A stretch of DNA of 21,291 nt, from positions 1 through 21,291 of the forward strand of contig JBGPXN010000074.1 in NCBI GenBank assembly GCA_041492755.1. Reading direction: 5' to 3'. A model generated the notes under the pieces. The model did no database searches and was not told the DNA's origin. It saw only the letters and a list, made by a program, of their open reading frames with translations. This DNA comes from Candidatus Methylomirabilia bacterium (GTDB lineage: Bacteria; Methylomirabilota; Methylomirabilia; Rokubacteriales; CSP1-6). Shown in pieces: positions 7,216 through 16,011 of this stretch (position 1 is the stretch's first letter; each line of letters opens with the position of its first letter). The translations under genes and the position numbers were made by a program.

Positions 7216-9551
7216 CACGATGCTCCCTTGGGCGACGATGCTCGTGTCCGCGCCGCCCGGATCAGCGCGGCCAGCCGATCCGGCGACAGCGGCAGCGCGG
7301 TGATGGACACGCCGAGCGGCGCCAGCGCGTCGGCGACGGCGTTGGCGAGCGCGCCGCCGCAGCCGGAGCTGCCGCCCTCGCCGGCGCCCTTGACCCCGAG
7401 CGGATTGAGCGGCGTCGGCGTTTCCTCCAGGATCCGGACCGTCGTGGACGCGGGCATCTCCATCACCGTGGGCAGGAGGTAGTCCATGAACGTGGTGGTG
7501 AGCAGCTGGCCCTGGTCGTCGTACACCAGCTCCTCGAGCAGCGCGCCGCCGATGCCCTGCGCGAGCGCGCCCACGAGCTGGCCGTCGACGATCATCGGGT
7601 TCACGGCCTTGCCGACGTCGTAGGCGATCGCATATTTCAGAATCTTCACGCAGGCCGTCTCGACGTCGACCTCGACGACCGCCGCGTGGCAGCCGTACGG
7701 ATACGTCATCTTGGGCGCCTCGAAGAAGTGGGACGCGTACAGGCCGGGCTCCATGCCCGGCGGCCCGGGCACCGCCGCGCGCGCGAGATCGCGGAACGTC
7801 ACCGTGCGGTCCGGTACGCCCCGGACGTGCACGGCGCCCTCGTCCAGCACGAGATCGTCCGCGGCCGCCTCCAGCAGCATGGAGGCAACGCGCAGAATCT
7901 TCGCGCGGACCTTCCGGGCCGCCTCCACCGCCGCCGGCAGCGCGACCGACGCGCCCCGGCTCGCGAAGCCGCCCACGCCGAACGGCACCCGTGCGCTGTC
8001 GCCGTGGACCACCGTGATGCTCTCCGGCGCGACGTTGAGCTCGTCCGCGCACACCTGGGCCAGCGTGGTGGCGATCCCCTGCCCCACCGCGGCCACGCCG
8101 GAATACACGACGACGTGCCCCGTCCCATCGACCTCGACCCGCGCGTATTCCCACGGGCCGAGCCCGGCTTTCTCGACGAGACAGGCGACGCCCACCCCGA
8201 CGTAGCGGCCCTGACCCCGCGCCTCCGCCTGCTCACGGCGCGCCGCCTCGTAGCCGAGGGCCGCGAGGGTGTGCTCGAGCGCCGACGCATAATCACCGCA
8301 GTCGTAGACCGTGCGCTGGTTCAGCGAGGCGCCGCCGACCTCGTACGGCATCTCGGCGGGCGTGATGAAGTTGCGCCGCCGGAGCTCGAGCGAATCGACA
8401 CCGAGGCGCCGGGCCGCGATGTCCAGCAGCCGCTCGCGCACGAACGTGCCCTCGTACCGGCCGGGACCGCGATACGTGCCCGTCGGCGTCTTGTTGGTGA
8501 GCACGCACCGGATCTCGCAGGTGTAGTGCGGAATCCGGTACGGCCCCGGCAGCAGCGCCGCGGTCAGCTCGGGCACGACGATGCCGTGGGTGCGGATGTA
8601 GGCGCCCATGTCGGTGATGAAGCGATCCACCAGCGCGACGATCCGGCCGTCACCATCGAAGCCGATCTCGACGTCGTGGTCCTGCTGGCGCGAATGGTTC
8701 GTCGCCATCAGATGCTCGCGGCGGTCCTCGATCCACTGCACGGGCCGGCCGAGACGCATCGCCGTCCACGGGACCAGGAAGTCCTCGGGATAGAACTCGC
8801 CGCGCACGCCGAACCCGCCCCCGACCTCCAGCTCGGTGAACTGGATGAGGTGCTCGGGGTGGCCGAGGAGATCGGCGAGGACGCGACGGTTGAAGTGCGG
8901 AACCTTGGCCACGCCCCACAACCGCAGCAGGCGGGAGCCGGCCTCGAAGGCGGCGGTCAATCCGCGCGTCTCCATCGGTACGCCGGTGTGGCGCTGGACG
9001 GCGAAGCGCTCCCGCACGCGAACGGCCGCGCCGGCCATGGCGGTGCTCGCGTCGCCCTTGTGCGTGTCGAGGGTGGCGACGACGTTGCCGTGGATCGCCT
9101 CGTGGAGCACGGGCGCGTCGCCCTCCACCGCCCGCCGCGCGTCGGCGACGGGGGGGAGCGGATGGTAGTCGACGTCCAGCGCCTCCAGGGCGTCCTCGGC
9201 CAGATAGCGGCTCTCGGCCAGGACGAAGGCGACGGGCTCGCCGACGTAGCGGACCTTGTCGCGCGCGAGCGGCGGCTGCAGGCAGGCGACGATGCTGGGC
9301 CGGGCGCCGAGGCGCACCGGGATGCACCCCACGTTGCCCAGATCCTCGGCGGTGACGACGGCGACGACGCCAGGCAGCGCGAGCGCGGCGTTCGCACGGA
9401 CGGCCCCCAGCCGCGCGTGAGCGTGGGGCGAGCGCAACACGGCGCCATGGAGCATCGACGGCAGCCGGAAGTCCGCGGCGTATTTCCCGCGGCCGGTGAG
9501 AAGCCGTGCGTCCTCGCTGCGCCGCACGCTGCGACCGATGGCCGGGGTCAT
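7215..9551 (-). CDS. Xanthine/CO-dehydrogenase-family molybdopterin-binding large subunit A
   Basis: About 778 aa from MTPAIGRSVRRSED (start could be GTG 9560). Motifs RSPHAHARL, GGGFGVRG, TYRGPGRYE, GQG, GGFASRG and KGAGEG. Confidence 0.93.
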   Translation of the reverse strand: MTPAIGRSVRRSEDARLLTGRGKYAADFRLPSMLHGAVLRSPHAHARLGAVRANAALALPGVVAVVTAEDLGNVGCIPVRLGARPSIVACLQPPLARDKVRYVGEPVAFVLAESRYLAEDALEALDVDYHPLPPVADARRAVEGDAPVLHEAIHGNVVATLDTHKGDASTAMAGAAVRVRERFAVQRHTGVPMETRGLTAAFEAGSRLLRLWGVAKVPHFNRRVLADLLGHPEHLIQFTELEVGGGFGVRGEFYPEDFLVPWTAMRLGRPVQWIEDRREHLMATNHSRQQDHDVEIGFDGDGRIVALVDRFITDMGAYIRTHGIVVPELTAALLPGPYRIPHYTCEIRCVLTNKTPTGTYRGPGRYEGTFVRERLLDIAARRLGVDSLELRRRNFITPAEMPYEVGGASLNQRTVYDCGDYASALEHTLAALGYEAARREQAEARGQGRYVGVGVACLVEKAGLGPWEYARVEVDGTGHVVVYSGVAAVGQGIATTLAQVCADELNVAPESITVVHGDSARVPFGVGGFASRGASVALPAAVEAARKVRAKILRVASMLLEAAADDLVLDEGAVHVRGVPDRTVTFRDLARAAVPGPPGMEPGLYASHFFEAPKMTYPYGCHAAVVEVDVETACVKILKYAIAYDVGKAVNPMIVDGQLVGALAQGIGGALLEELVYDDQGQLLTTTFMDYLLPTVMEMPASTTVRILEETPTPLNPLGVKGAGEGGSSGCGGALANAVADALAPLGVSITALPLSPDRLAALIRAARTRASSPKGAS

Positions 9552-9582
9552 CGCCGCCACGTGCCGCCCACGGGCGCGTCCG

Positions 9583-10332
9583 TCATTTCCATCGCACCAG
9601 CGCACGGTCGGCGGCCTGGACCGCCTGGGAGGCCAGCAGCGCGATCACGAGGACCGAGGCGATGACGGCATACAGCTCGGTGATGAGGAACGTGTTGCCG
9701 TAGTAGATGAGGCGCTCGCCGAGACCCACCAGCGAGATCAGCATCTCGCCCACCACCATGCCCTTGACGGCCTGCACGGCGCCGAGCCGGAGCCCGAGCA
9801 TGACCGCCGGCAGCGCGGCCGGCAGGTAGATGCGGCGGAACAGCGCGGCCTCGCCGGCGCCGAACACGCGGGCCATCTCCACCAGCGAGCGGTCGGTTCC
9901 GCGCACGCCCGTCATCGTGTTCACGACGATGACGAAGAACGAGAACATGAAGACGGTCGCCGCGACCACGGTGTCCCGGATGCCGAACAGCGCGATGAGC
10001 ACCGGCACCAAGGCCGACAGCGGCGCCGACATGAGCGCGTTCACCCACCCGTCGAGCAGGTAGCGGACCGTCCGAAAGCGGCCCATGGCCAGCCCCACCA
10101 CGACGCCGAGGACGGCGGCCGGCCCGAAGCCCTTCGCGAGCGAGAGGAGGCTGGAGGACGCCGCCTTCGACAACGTGCCGTTGCCGAGGAGCCGCCACCA
10201 CGCCACCGCGACGTCGGTGACCGGCGGCACGAACATCGAGAGGTGGAGCCGGCCGAGCATCTCCCACGCGCCGAGCAGGCTGACGACGGCAATGACGCCG
10301 GCCCGCCCGACCTCGGAGTCCCGGCCCCTCAC
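9583..10332 (-). CDS. ABC transporter permease, NitT/TauT family (system 1, second permease)
   Basis: 249 aa hydrophobic ORF with EAA loop LVEMARVFGAGEAALFRRIYLP. GAGGA lies upstream of the GTG start. Confidence 0.9.
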   Translation of the reverse strand: MRGRDSEVGRAGVIAVVSLLGAWEMLGRLHLSMFVPPVTDVAVAWWRLLGNGTLSKAASSSLLSLAKGFGPAAVLGVVVGLAMGRFRTVRYLLDGWVNALMSAPLSALVPVLIALFGIRDTVVAATVFMFSFFVIVVNTMTGVRGTDRSLVEMARVFGAGEAALFRRIYLPAALPAVMLGLRLGAVQAVKGMVVGEMLISLVGLGERLIYYGNTFLITELYAVIASVLVIALLASQAVQAADRALVRWK

Positions 10333-10354
10333 CGGGCCTTCCTCGACGTCTTCG

Positions 10355-11122
10355 TCACTGCAGCTTCCTCAGGATTTTCCAGAGATCGTCGACGAGCCGC
10401 GCGAACTCCGCGGTCGCCCGGACGTCGCTCGACTCCCGCGGCCGGGACAGCGGGACGTCGAGCATCTCGTGCACGCGCCCGGGGCGCGGGCTCAGCACGA
10501 CGACCCGGTCGGCGAGATAGATCGCCTCCTCCATGCTGTGGGTCACGAGGACGACGGTCTTGCGCGCCTCGGACCAGAGGCGAAGCAGATCGTCCTGGAA
10601 CAGGCGGCGGGTCTGCTCGTCGATCGACGCGAACGGCTCGTCCATGAGCAGCACTCTGGGGTTGACGGCGAGCGCGCGCGCGAGGCCGACCCGCTGCTGC
10701 ATCCCACCCGAGAGCTGCGACGGGTACGCCTCCTCGAAGCCGGCCAGCCCGACCTTGGCGATGGCCTGCCGCGCCGTACTCGCGCGCTCGGCCGCGGGCA
10801 CGCCGCGCAACAGCAGGCCGAACTCGACGTTCCTCTGCGCCGTCGCCCACGGCAGCAGCGCGAAGTCCTGGAAGACCACGCTGCACTCGCGCCCGGGGCC
10901 CGTCACCGTCCGGTCGCCCACCGTGATGCGCCCGGCATCGACCGGCAGCAGGCCGGCGATCGTCTTGAGCAGCGTCGTCTTGCCGCAGCCGCTGGGGCCG
11001 ATGAGGCTCAGGAACTCGCCGGCGCCCACGCGCAGGTTGATGTCGACCAGCGCCCGCACGGCGCCGAACGCCTTCGACACGCCCTCGACGACGATGGGTA
11101 CGAGCCCCGGCGCCGCCATCAC
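10355..11122 (-). CDS. ABC transporter ATP-binding protein, NitT/TauT family (system 1)
   Basis: GPSGCGKTT, LSGGMQQR, LLMDEPF, VTH and SPRPGR motifs. Confidence 0.93.
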   Translation of the reverse strand: MMAAPGLVPIVVEGVSKAFGAVRALVDINLRVGAGEFLSLIGPSGCGKTTLLKTIAGLLPVDAGRITVGDRTVTGPGRECSVVFQDFALLPWATAQRNVEFGLLLRGVPAAERASTARQAIAKVGLAGFEEAYPSQLSGGMQQRVGLARALAVNPRVLLMDEPFASIDEQTRRLFQDDLLRLWSEARKTVVLVTHSMEEAIYLADRVVVLSPRPGRVHEMLDVPLSRPRESSDVRATAEFARLVDDLWKILRKLQ

Positions 11123-11150
11123 GCACCCGTCCGGAGCCGCCGGGCCGCCT

Positions 11151-11888
11151 TCACGCGCGCCATCGCAACCACCGCGCCTCGAGCCGCGCCAGCCCGGCCA
11201 GGGCGGCGCCGGCCATGAGCAGCGTCCACAGCACGGTGGCGAACATCCGGTCGTGCTCGAACATCGACCGCGCCGTCATGATCAGTCGGCCGAGGCCGAA
11301 GGGCGACAGCAGCAGCTCGGCCACGATGAGGCCGACGAACGCGCGCGACAGCGCGTAGCGGACGCCGGCCAGGATCATGGGCAGCGCGCTCGGCAGCACG
11401 ATGCGCGCGAGCAGCTGTCCCCACGACGCGTCGAACGAGCGCGCCATCTCGACCAGCCGCGGGCGCACGTCGCGCACGCCGCCGTAGGCGTTCATGGTGA
11501 CGAACGGGGCGCTGAAGACGAACACGATGACCGCGGAGGAGGCGACGCTGATGCCGAAGGACAGGATCACGAGCGGGATGAGCGCCGCCGTCGGCAGCGC
11601 GATCAGCAAGTCCAGGTAGACGCGGGCCACCCGTCCGACCGGCGCCACCACGCCCATGACGAGACCCAGCGGCACCCCGACCAGTACCGCGGCCCCCATC
11701 CCGAGCAGGAGCGACTGGCCGCTGGTCAGGGTCGCGGTGAGCAGCGCGCCCGAGCGTAGGAGCGCGAGCAGCGCCGTGAGCGTCGCCCCCGGCGACGGGA
11801 AGTTGAAGCTGATCGGGACCCGCGCCGCCCACTCCCAGAGCAGGAGAAAGGCGACGACGGATGCGCCCCGTAAGGCGACGACGATCAC
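11151..11888 (-). CDS. ABC transporter permease, NitT/TauT family (system 1, first permease)
   Basis: Hydrophobic part of ORF 11151..12011 with EAA loop LVEMARSFDASWGQLLARIVLP. The start is placed at GTG 11888 to avoid overlapping the SBP gene and is uncertain. Confidence 0.85.
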   Translation of the reverse strand: MIVVALRGASVVAFLLLWEWAARVPISFNFPSPGATLTALLALLRSGALLTATLTSGQSLLLGMGAAVLVGVPLGLVMGVVAPVGRVARVYLDLLIALPTAALIPLVILSFGISVASSAVIVFVFSAPFVTMNAYGGVRDVRPRLVEMARSFDASWGQLLARIVLPSALPMILAGVRYALSRAFVGLIVAELLLSPFGLGRLIMTARSMFEHDRMFATVLWTLLMAGAALAGLARLEARWLRWRA

Positions 11889-11941
11889 GGCCCGGCTCGA
11901 TTCGGCAACGCGTGTCCCCGTGCCCGCGCTCCGGCGCCGAC

Positions 11942-12931
11942 TCAGCGCCGGCCGAGGTCCTTCAGCGCCGCCTCCAGCGCGGTGGTGTCGAAGAACTGCT
12001 CCGGCTTCCATTTGCTCACCGGTCCGCTGAGGCTTCCGGTCGCGACCTGGAAGCCCAGGTTCTCGACGGCGCCCGGCCCCCGCATCCGGTCGAGACCGCC
12101 GTTGAGATCGAAGATCTTCACGAGCGCGCGGAGCTGCCCCTCGAGCCTGGCGTCGTCGACCTCCTTGAGCGTGTCCCCGCGCTCCCGTACCCAGAACTTC
12201 GGATCGCGGGCACCCTCCCGATACGACTCGAGCATTCGTCGCACCAGCTTGTGGACGAGCTCGGGCTTGCTCCTGGCGAAGGCGGCGTTGACCACGAGCG
12301 AGCTCGACGAGAGTGGCTGGTCCGTGAAGTCGACGAGGATGTGGAACTTGCCGGGCGCGCGCTCGTTCACCACCTGGGCGGCGGTGAGGTCGAAGATGGC
12401 GGCGTCCACCGCGCCGCGGAGCAGCGCCTCGGCCCGGGCCGGCGAGCCTTCCGGGATGAACACGACGTTCGGCTGCACGCCGGGCTGCGTCTTCAGGTAG
12501 AACTCCAGCAGCGACTGGGTGGTCGCCTTCGGCGAGTGCGACGCCAGCCGGACCCCGTTGAGCGCCTTGACGGAGGCGATCTCCTTCTTGGCCATCACGA
12601 CGAACTCCGGCCGCGACAGCTCGAACACGCCTTTGACGGGCGCGTTCTTCTCGATGGCCGGGTAGAACGGCGCGAAGCCGGTCGCCACCTGGCCCTGCCC
12701 GTCGATGACGGCCAGCATGACCGCCTCGGGTGACCGCAGATCCTTCACCACCACCTTCACGCCGTCCTGTTTCTCGAGCCGCCGCAGGCCGACGATCATC
12801 GGCAGGTTCACGACGCGGGTCACCGTGGCCAGCATCGTGAGCTCCTCGGCGGCGGTCGCGGCGCGGGGGACGCCGGCGATGAGCACCAGTGCGATGAGGC
12901 CAAGGACGAACCGCGTGGTCTTCATGCTCAT
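11942..12931 (-). CDS. ABC transporter substrate-binding protein, NitT/TauT family (system 1)
   Basis: Signal peptide MKTTRFVLGLIALVLIAGVPRAATAA, RAEALLRGAVDAA motif and position ahead of the permease and ATPase. GAGGAG lies upstream; the start is 12931 or 12925. Confidence 0.85.
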   Translation of the reverse strand: MSMKTTRFVLGLIALVLIAGVPRAATAAEELTMLATVTRVVNLPMIVGLRRLEKQDGVKVVVKDLRSPEAVMLAVIDGQGQVATGFAPFYPAIEKNAPVKGVFELSRPEFVVMAKKEIASVKALNGVRLASHSPKATTQSLLEFYLKTQPGVQPNVVFIPEGSPARAEALLRGAVDAAIFDLTAAQVVNERAPGKFHILVDFTDQPLSSSSLVVNAAFARSKPELVHKLVRRMLESYREGARDPKFWVRERGDTLKEVDDARLEGQLRALVKIFDLNGGLDRMRGPGAVENLGFQVATGSLSGPVSKWKPEQFFDTTALEAALKDLGRR

Positions 12932-12932
12932 G

Positions 12933-13414
<482 letters not shown>

Positions 13415-13418
<4 letters not shown>

Positions 13419-14308
13419 CGTCGCTCCCCCGTCGTGACCCGGCCCGCGATTCGCTCGGCGCACTGCCCTAGCGCGCGCCGGACGAGCACGCCGGCCAGGT
13501 GTTTTCGATACTCGCTCGAGGCGTGCAGATCGCCATCCGGCTCCACGCCCTCGGCGACGCGGCGGCCGAGGTCCTCGAAGGCCGCCGGCGTCGGTTTCAC
13601 GCCCACCAGCGCGCGCGCCGCCTCGCGAGGGACGACGGGGGTCGGCCCCACGCCGGTCAGGGCGATCGCGCACGCGGTGCAGACGCCGGCGTCGTCGACG
13701 GTCACGGTGGCGGCGACGCCGACGAGCGCGAAGTCGCCGTGCCGCCGGCTGACCTCCAGGAACGCGCTGCCGGTGCGCGGCGGCGTGACCGGCACCCGCG
13801 CCTCCACCAGCAGCTCGTCGGGCCCGGCGGCCGTCGTCAAATACGCGACGAAGAACTGCGCCGCCTTCAGCACGCGGTCTCCGCGCACGCTTCGCAGCAC
13901 GAGCTCGCCGTCGAGCGCGGCCACCACCGCCGGCAGCTCACCGGCGGGGTCGGCGTGGGCGAGGCTCCCGCCGATGGTGCCGCGGTTGCGGATCTGGACG
14001 TGACCGATCTGCGGCATCGCCTCGGCCAGCAGTGGGCAGCGCTCGCGCACGAGCGCGGAGGTCTCCACGGCGCGCTGGCGCGTCATCGCGCCGATGGCCA
14101 GCCGGCCGTCGTCGACCCGGATCCCGTCGAGGCCGGCGACGCCGTTGAGGTCCACGAGATACCCCGGCCTGACCAACCGAAAATTGAGCAGGGGGACGAG
14201 GCTCTGCCCACCGGCCAGCACCTTGGCTTGCTCGCCGTGCTGGGCCAGGATGCTCAGCGCCTCGTCGATGGAGCTCGGAGCCACGTAATCGAACTTTGGC
14301 GGCTTCAT
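13415..14308 (-). CDS. FAD-binding medium subunit of a molybdenum hydroxylase (CoxM/CutM family)
   Basis: MKPPKFDY start, LAGGQSL, IRNRGTIGGSLAHADP and RRHGDFALV motifs. Confidence 0.95.
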
Positions 14309-14373
14309 GTGACCAGCAGCGAGAGCAGCAGCGGCCGGCCGAGGGTCCGGTTCAGCACGCAGTACTGGATCAG
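14305..14373 (-). pseudogene. Probable remnant of a branched-chain amino acid ABC permease (LivH-like)
   Basis: The gap between the SDR and the FAD subunit translates LIQYCVLNRTLGRPLLLSLLVT*, resembling the LivH loop and helix that precede LLVTFG. Only 22 aa, recognised by eye. Confidence 0.5.
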
Positions 14374-15164
14374 TCCAGGAGGGCCTTGCGCTGGCCGCCG
14401 TCCAGGGTGATGACGGCGCCGTTCATGAAGCTGGCCCGGTCGGACGCGACGAAGACGGCGACGTCCGCGACCTCCTCGGGCGTGCAGATGCGACCGAGCG
14501 GGATGCTGCGCTCGGCCCGCTTCTGCGCCTCGTCCACGCTGATCTGGCGAGCCTTCGCGATCCCGCCGATGAGAAAATCCCAGCGCTCGGTGGCGACGGG
14601 ACCGGGGTTGATGGCGTTGATGCAGATGTTGTCCTTGCCGTACTGCTCCGCGAGCGCCACCGTCACCGCGAGGTCGGCGGCGTTGGCCGCGCTCGGTGTC
14701 AGCTCGATGCCGATCGGCTTGACACCATCATTGCCGACGATGTTGACGATACGGCCCCCCCCCTGCCTGAGCATGTGCGGGATGACCGCCTTCATGCAGC
14801 GGACGTAGCCCATGAACTTGAGCTGCAGCGCCGTCTGCCACATCTCCTCGGTGACGTCGAGCAGGAGCCCGCCCGGCGCGGCGCCGGCGTTGTTGACGAG
14901 GATGTCGATGCGCTTGAAGCGGTCGACCGTGGCCGCCACGATCTTCTGCACGTCGGCCTCGCGGGTGAGGTCGCCGGCCACGCCGAACACTTCGCCGCCG
15001 GTGGCCTTGGCGATCGTCGCCGCCGCGGTGTCGAGCTCACCCTGGTTGCGCGCGCAGATGGCGACCTTGACGCCTTCTTCCGCGAGTCCGTGCGCCACCG
15101 CCTTGCCGATGCCCTTGCTCCCGCCGGTGACCAGCGCCACCTTGCCCTTCAGGCCCAGATCCAT
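14370..15164 (-). CDS. Short-chain dehydrogenase/reductase with a non-canonical active site
   Basis: TGGSKGIG, NNAG, INPGP and DGG motifs, with an AAGGAG Shine-Dalgarno. The YxxxK motif is absent (LTPSAANAA). Confidence 0.92.
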   Translation of the reverse strand: MDLGLKGKVALVTGGSKGIGKAVAHGLAEEGVKVAICARNQGELDTAAATIAKATGGEVFGVAGDLTREADVQKIVAATVDRFKRIDILVNNAGAAPGGLLLDVTEEMWQTALQLKFMGYVRCMKAVIPHMLRQGGGRIVNIVGNDGVKPIGIELTPSAANAADLAVTVALAEQYGKDNICINAINPGPVATERWDFLIGGIAKARQISVDEAQKRAERSIPLGRICTPEEVADVAVFVASDRASFMNGAVITLDGGQRKALLD

Positions 15165-15189
15165 GCCATGCGCTCCTTTGTGGTGTCGC

Positions 15190-15221
15190 GCTCCGCAGCC
15201 CAGTGGCTCCGCAGCACAGTG
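15190..15221. repeat. Tandem 16-bp direct repeat in the leader of the leftward operon
   Basis: GCTCCGCAGCCCAGTG (15190-15205) followed by GCTCCGCAGCACAGTG (15206-15221), 15 of 16 identical. Confidence 0.8.
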
Positions 15222-15271
15222 ACGGAGGCGTCGGTCGAGTTCGCGCGAGCGGACGACCCGAGTCGGTGCGA

Positions 15272-15300
15272 AAACTAAACAATCGACAATCGATTGTCAA
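15272..15300 (-). promoter_or_regulatory. Putative sigma70 promoter for the leftward catabolic operon
   Basis: TTGACA (15300-15295), a 17-nt spacer and TAGTTT (15277-15272), inside a conspicuously AT-rich patch. Confidence 0.75.
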
Positions 15301-15311
15301 TCACTTACCAT
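15283..15311 (+). promoter_or_regulatory. Putative sigma70 promoter for the gntR-cyclase-MFS arm
   Basis: TCGACA (15283-15288), a 17-nt spacer and TACCAT (15306-15311). Confidence 0.65.
15285..15298. promoter_or_regulatory. Candidate GntR/FadR operator palindrome
   Basis: Perfect 14-bp palindrome GACAATCGATTGTC, overlapped by tandem ACAATCG x2 (15279-15292), between the divergent genes and next to a GntR gene. Confidence 0.7.
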
Positions 15312-15348
15312 GCGCGGCGCCGGAAAGCGACCCAATGAAGGGACGACC

Positions 15349-16011
15349 GTGACCCGCACCAGCAAGTTCGAGAAGACGACGCTGGCGACCGAGATCGCCC
15401 GTCACCTTCGCGACGCGATCATCAAGGGCGACCTGGCGCCCGGCGAGCGCGTCAACGAGCTGAGGCTGACGCAGGAGCTGGCCCTCAGCCGCTCACCGGT
15501 ACGCGAGGCCATCCGGATCCTGGCCGCCGAAGGGCTTCTCACCATCGAGCCGGACCGGGGCGCGCGCGTCCGCCCGGTGAGTGACGACGACCTCGAGGAG
15601 ATCTTCGACGTGCGGCTGATGATCGAAAGCCACGGCCTTCGGCGCGCTCAACGGCTGACCTCGGACCTCATCGCGCCCCTGCGGGCGGCCGTCGCCGAGG
15701 CCGCGGCGGCGCTCCGCGCGGACGCCGTCGATCCATGGCATCGTGCCTCACTGCGGTTTCACGACGGGCTCGTGGAGCTCGCCGCCAATCGTCATCTCAC
15801 GCGGCTGCACGAAGAGCTGAAGGTCTCGCTCCGCCGCTACCAGATCTCCACCATCGAGCTGCCCGGACAGCCCGAGCGCTCGCAGGCCGAGCACGAGGCG
15901 ATCCTGGACGCCCTCGAGCAGGGCAAGGTCGAGCAGGGCGCCGCCCTCGTCACCGCGCACGTCACCAACCTCAAGGAGGCCGTGCTCAAAGCCATGGCGA
16001 GGACCGAATGA
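15349..16011 (+). CDS. GntR-family transcriptional regulator (FadR/FCD subfamily)
   Basis: Winged HTH LRDAIIKGDLAPGERVNE...SRSPVREAIRILAAEGL and FCD His motifs FHDGL and EHEAIL. The start is set at GTG 15349 after GAAGGGA, because ATG 15310 lies inside the predicted -10. Confidence 0.93.
   Translation: MTRTSKFEKTTLATEIARHLRDAIIKGDLAPGERVNELRLTQELALSRSPVREAIRILAAEGLLTIEPDRGARVRPVSDDDLEEIFDVRLMIESHGLRRAQRLTSDLIAPLRAAVAEAAAALRADAVDPWHRASLRFHDGLVELAANRHLTRLHEELKVSLRRYQISTIELPGQPERSQAEHEAILDALEQGKVEQGAALVTAHVTNLKEAVLKAMARTE

Noticed and set aside
7216..8154. 1095-aa version of large subunit B, or an L-A/L-B frameshift fusion
   Set aside because: The extra N-terminal part overlaps L-A out of frame and is low-complexity. 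Both subunits have their own normal termini with a 1-nt stop/start overlap.
4789..9665. Long plus-strand ORFs (897 aa, 659 aa) and similar antisense ORFs such as 917..2449
   Set aside because: They are shadows of GC-rich minus-strand genes, with no domain motifs and skewed composition.
15149..15169. Trp-containing mini-ORF MAWIWA* overlapping the SDR start
   Set aside because: Its ATG is only 3 nt from the Shine-Dalgarno while the SDR ATG is optimally spaced, and no attenuator structure is present.
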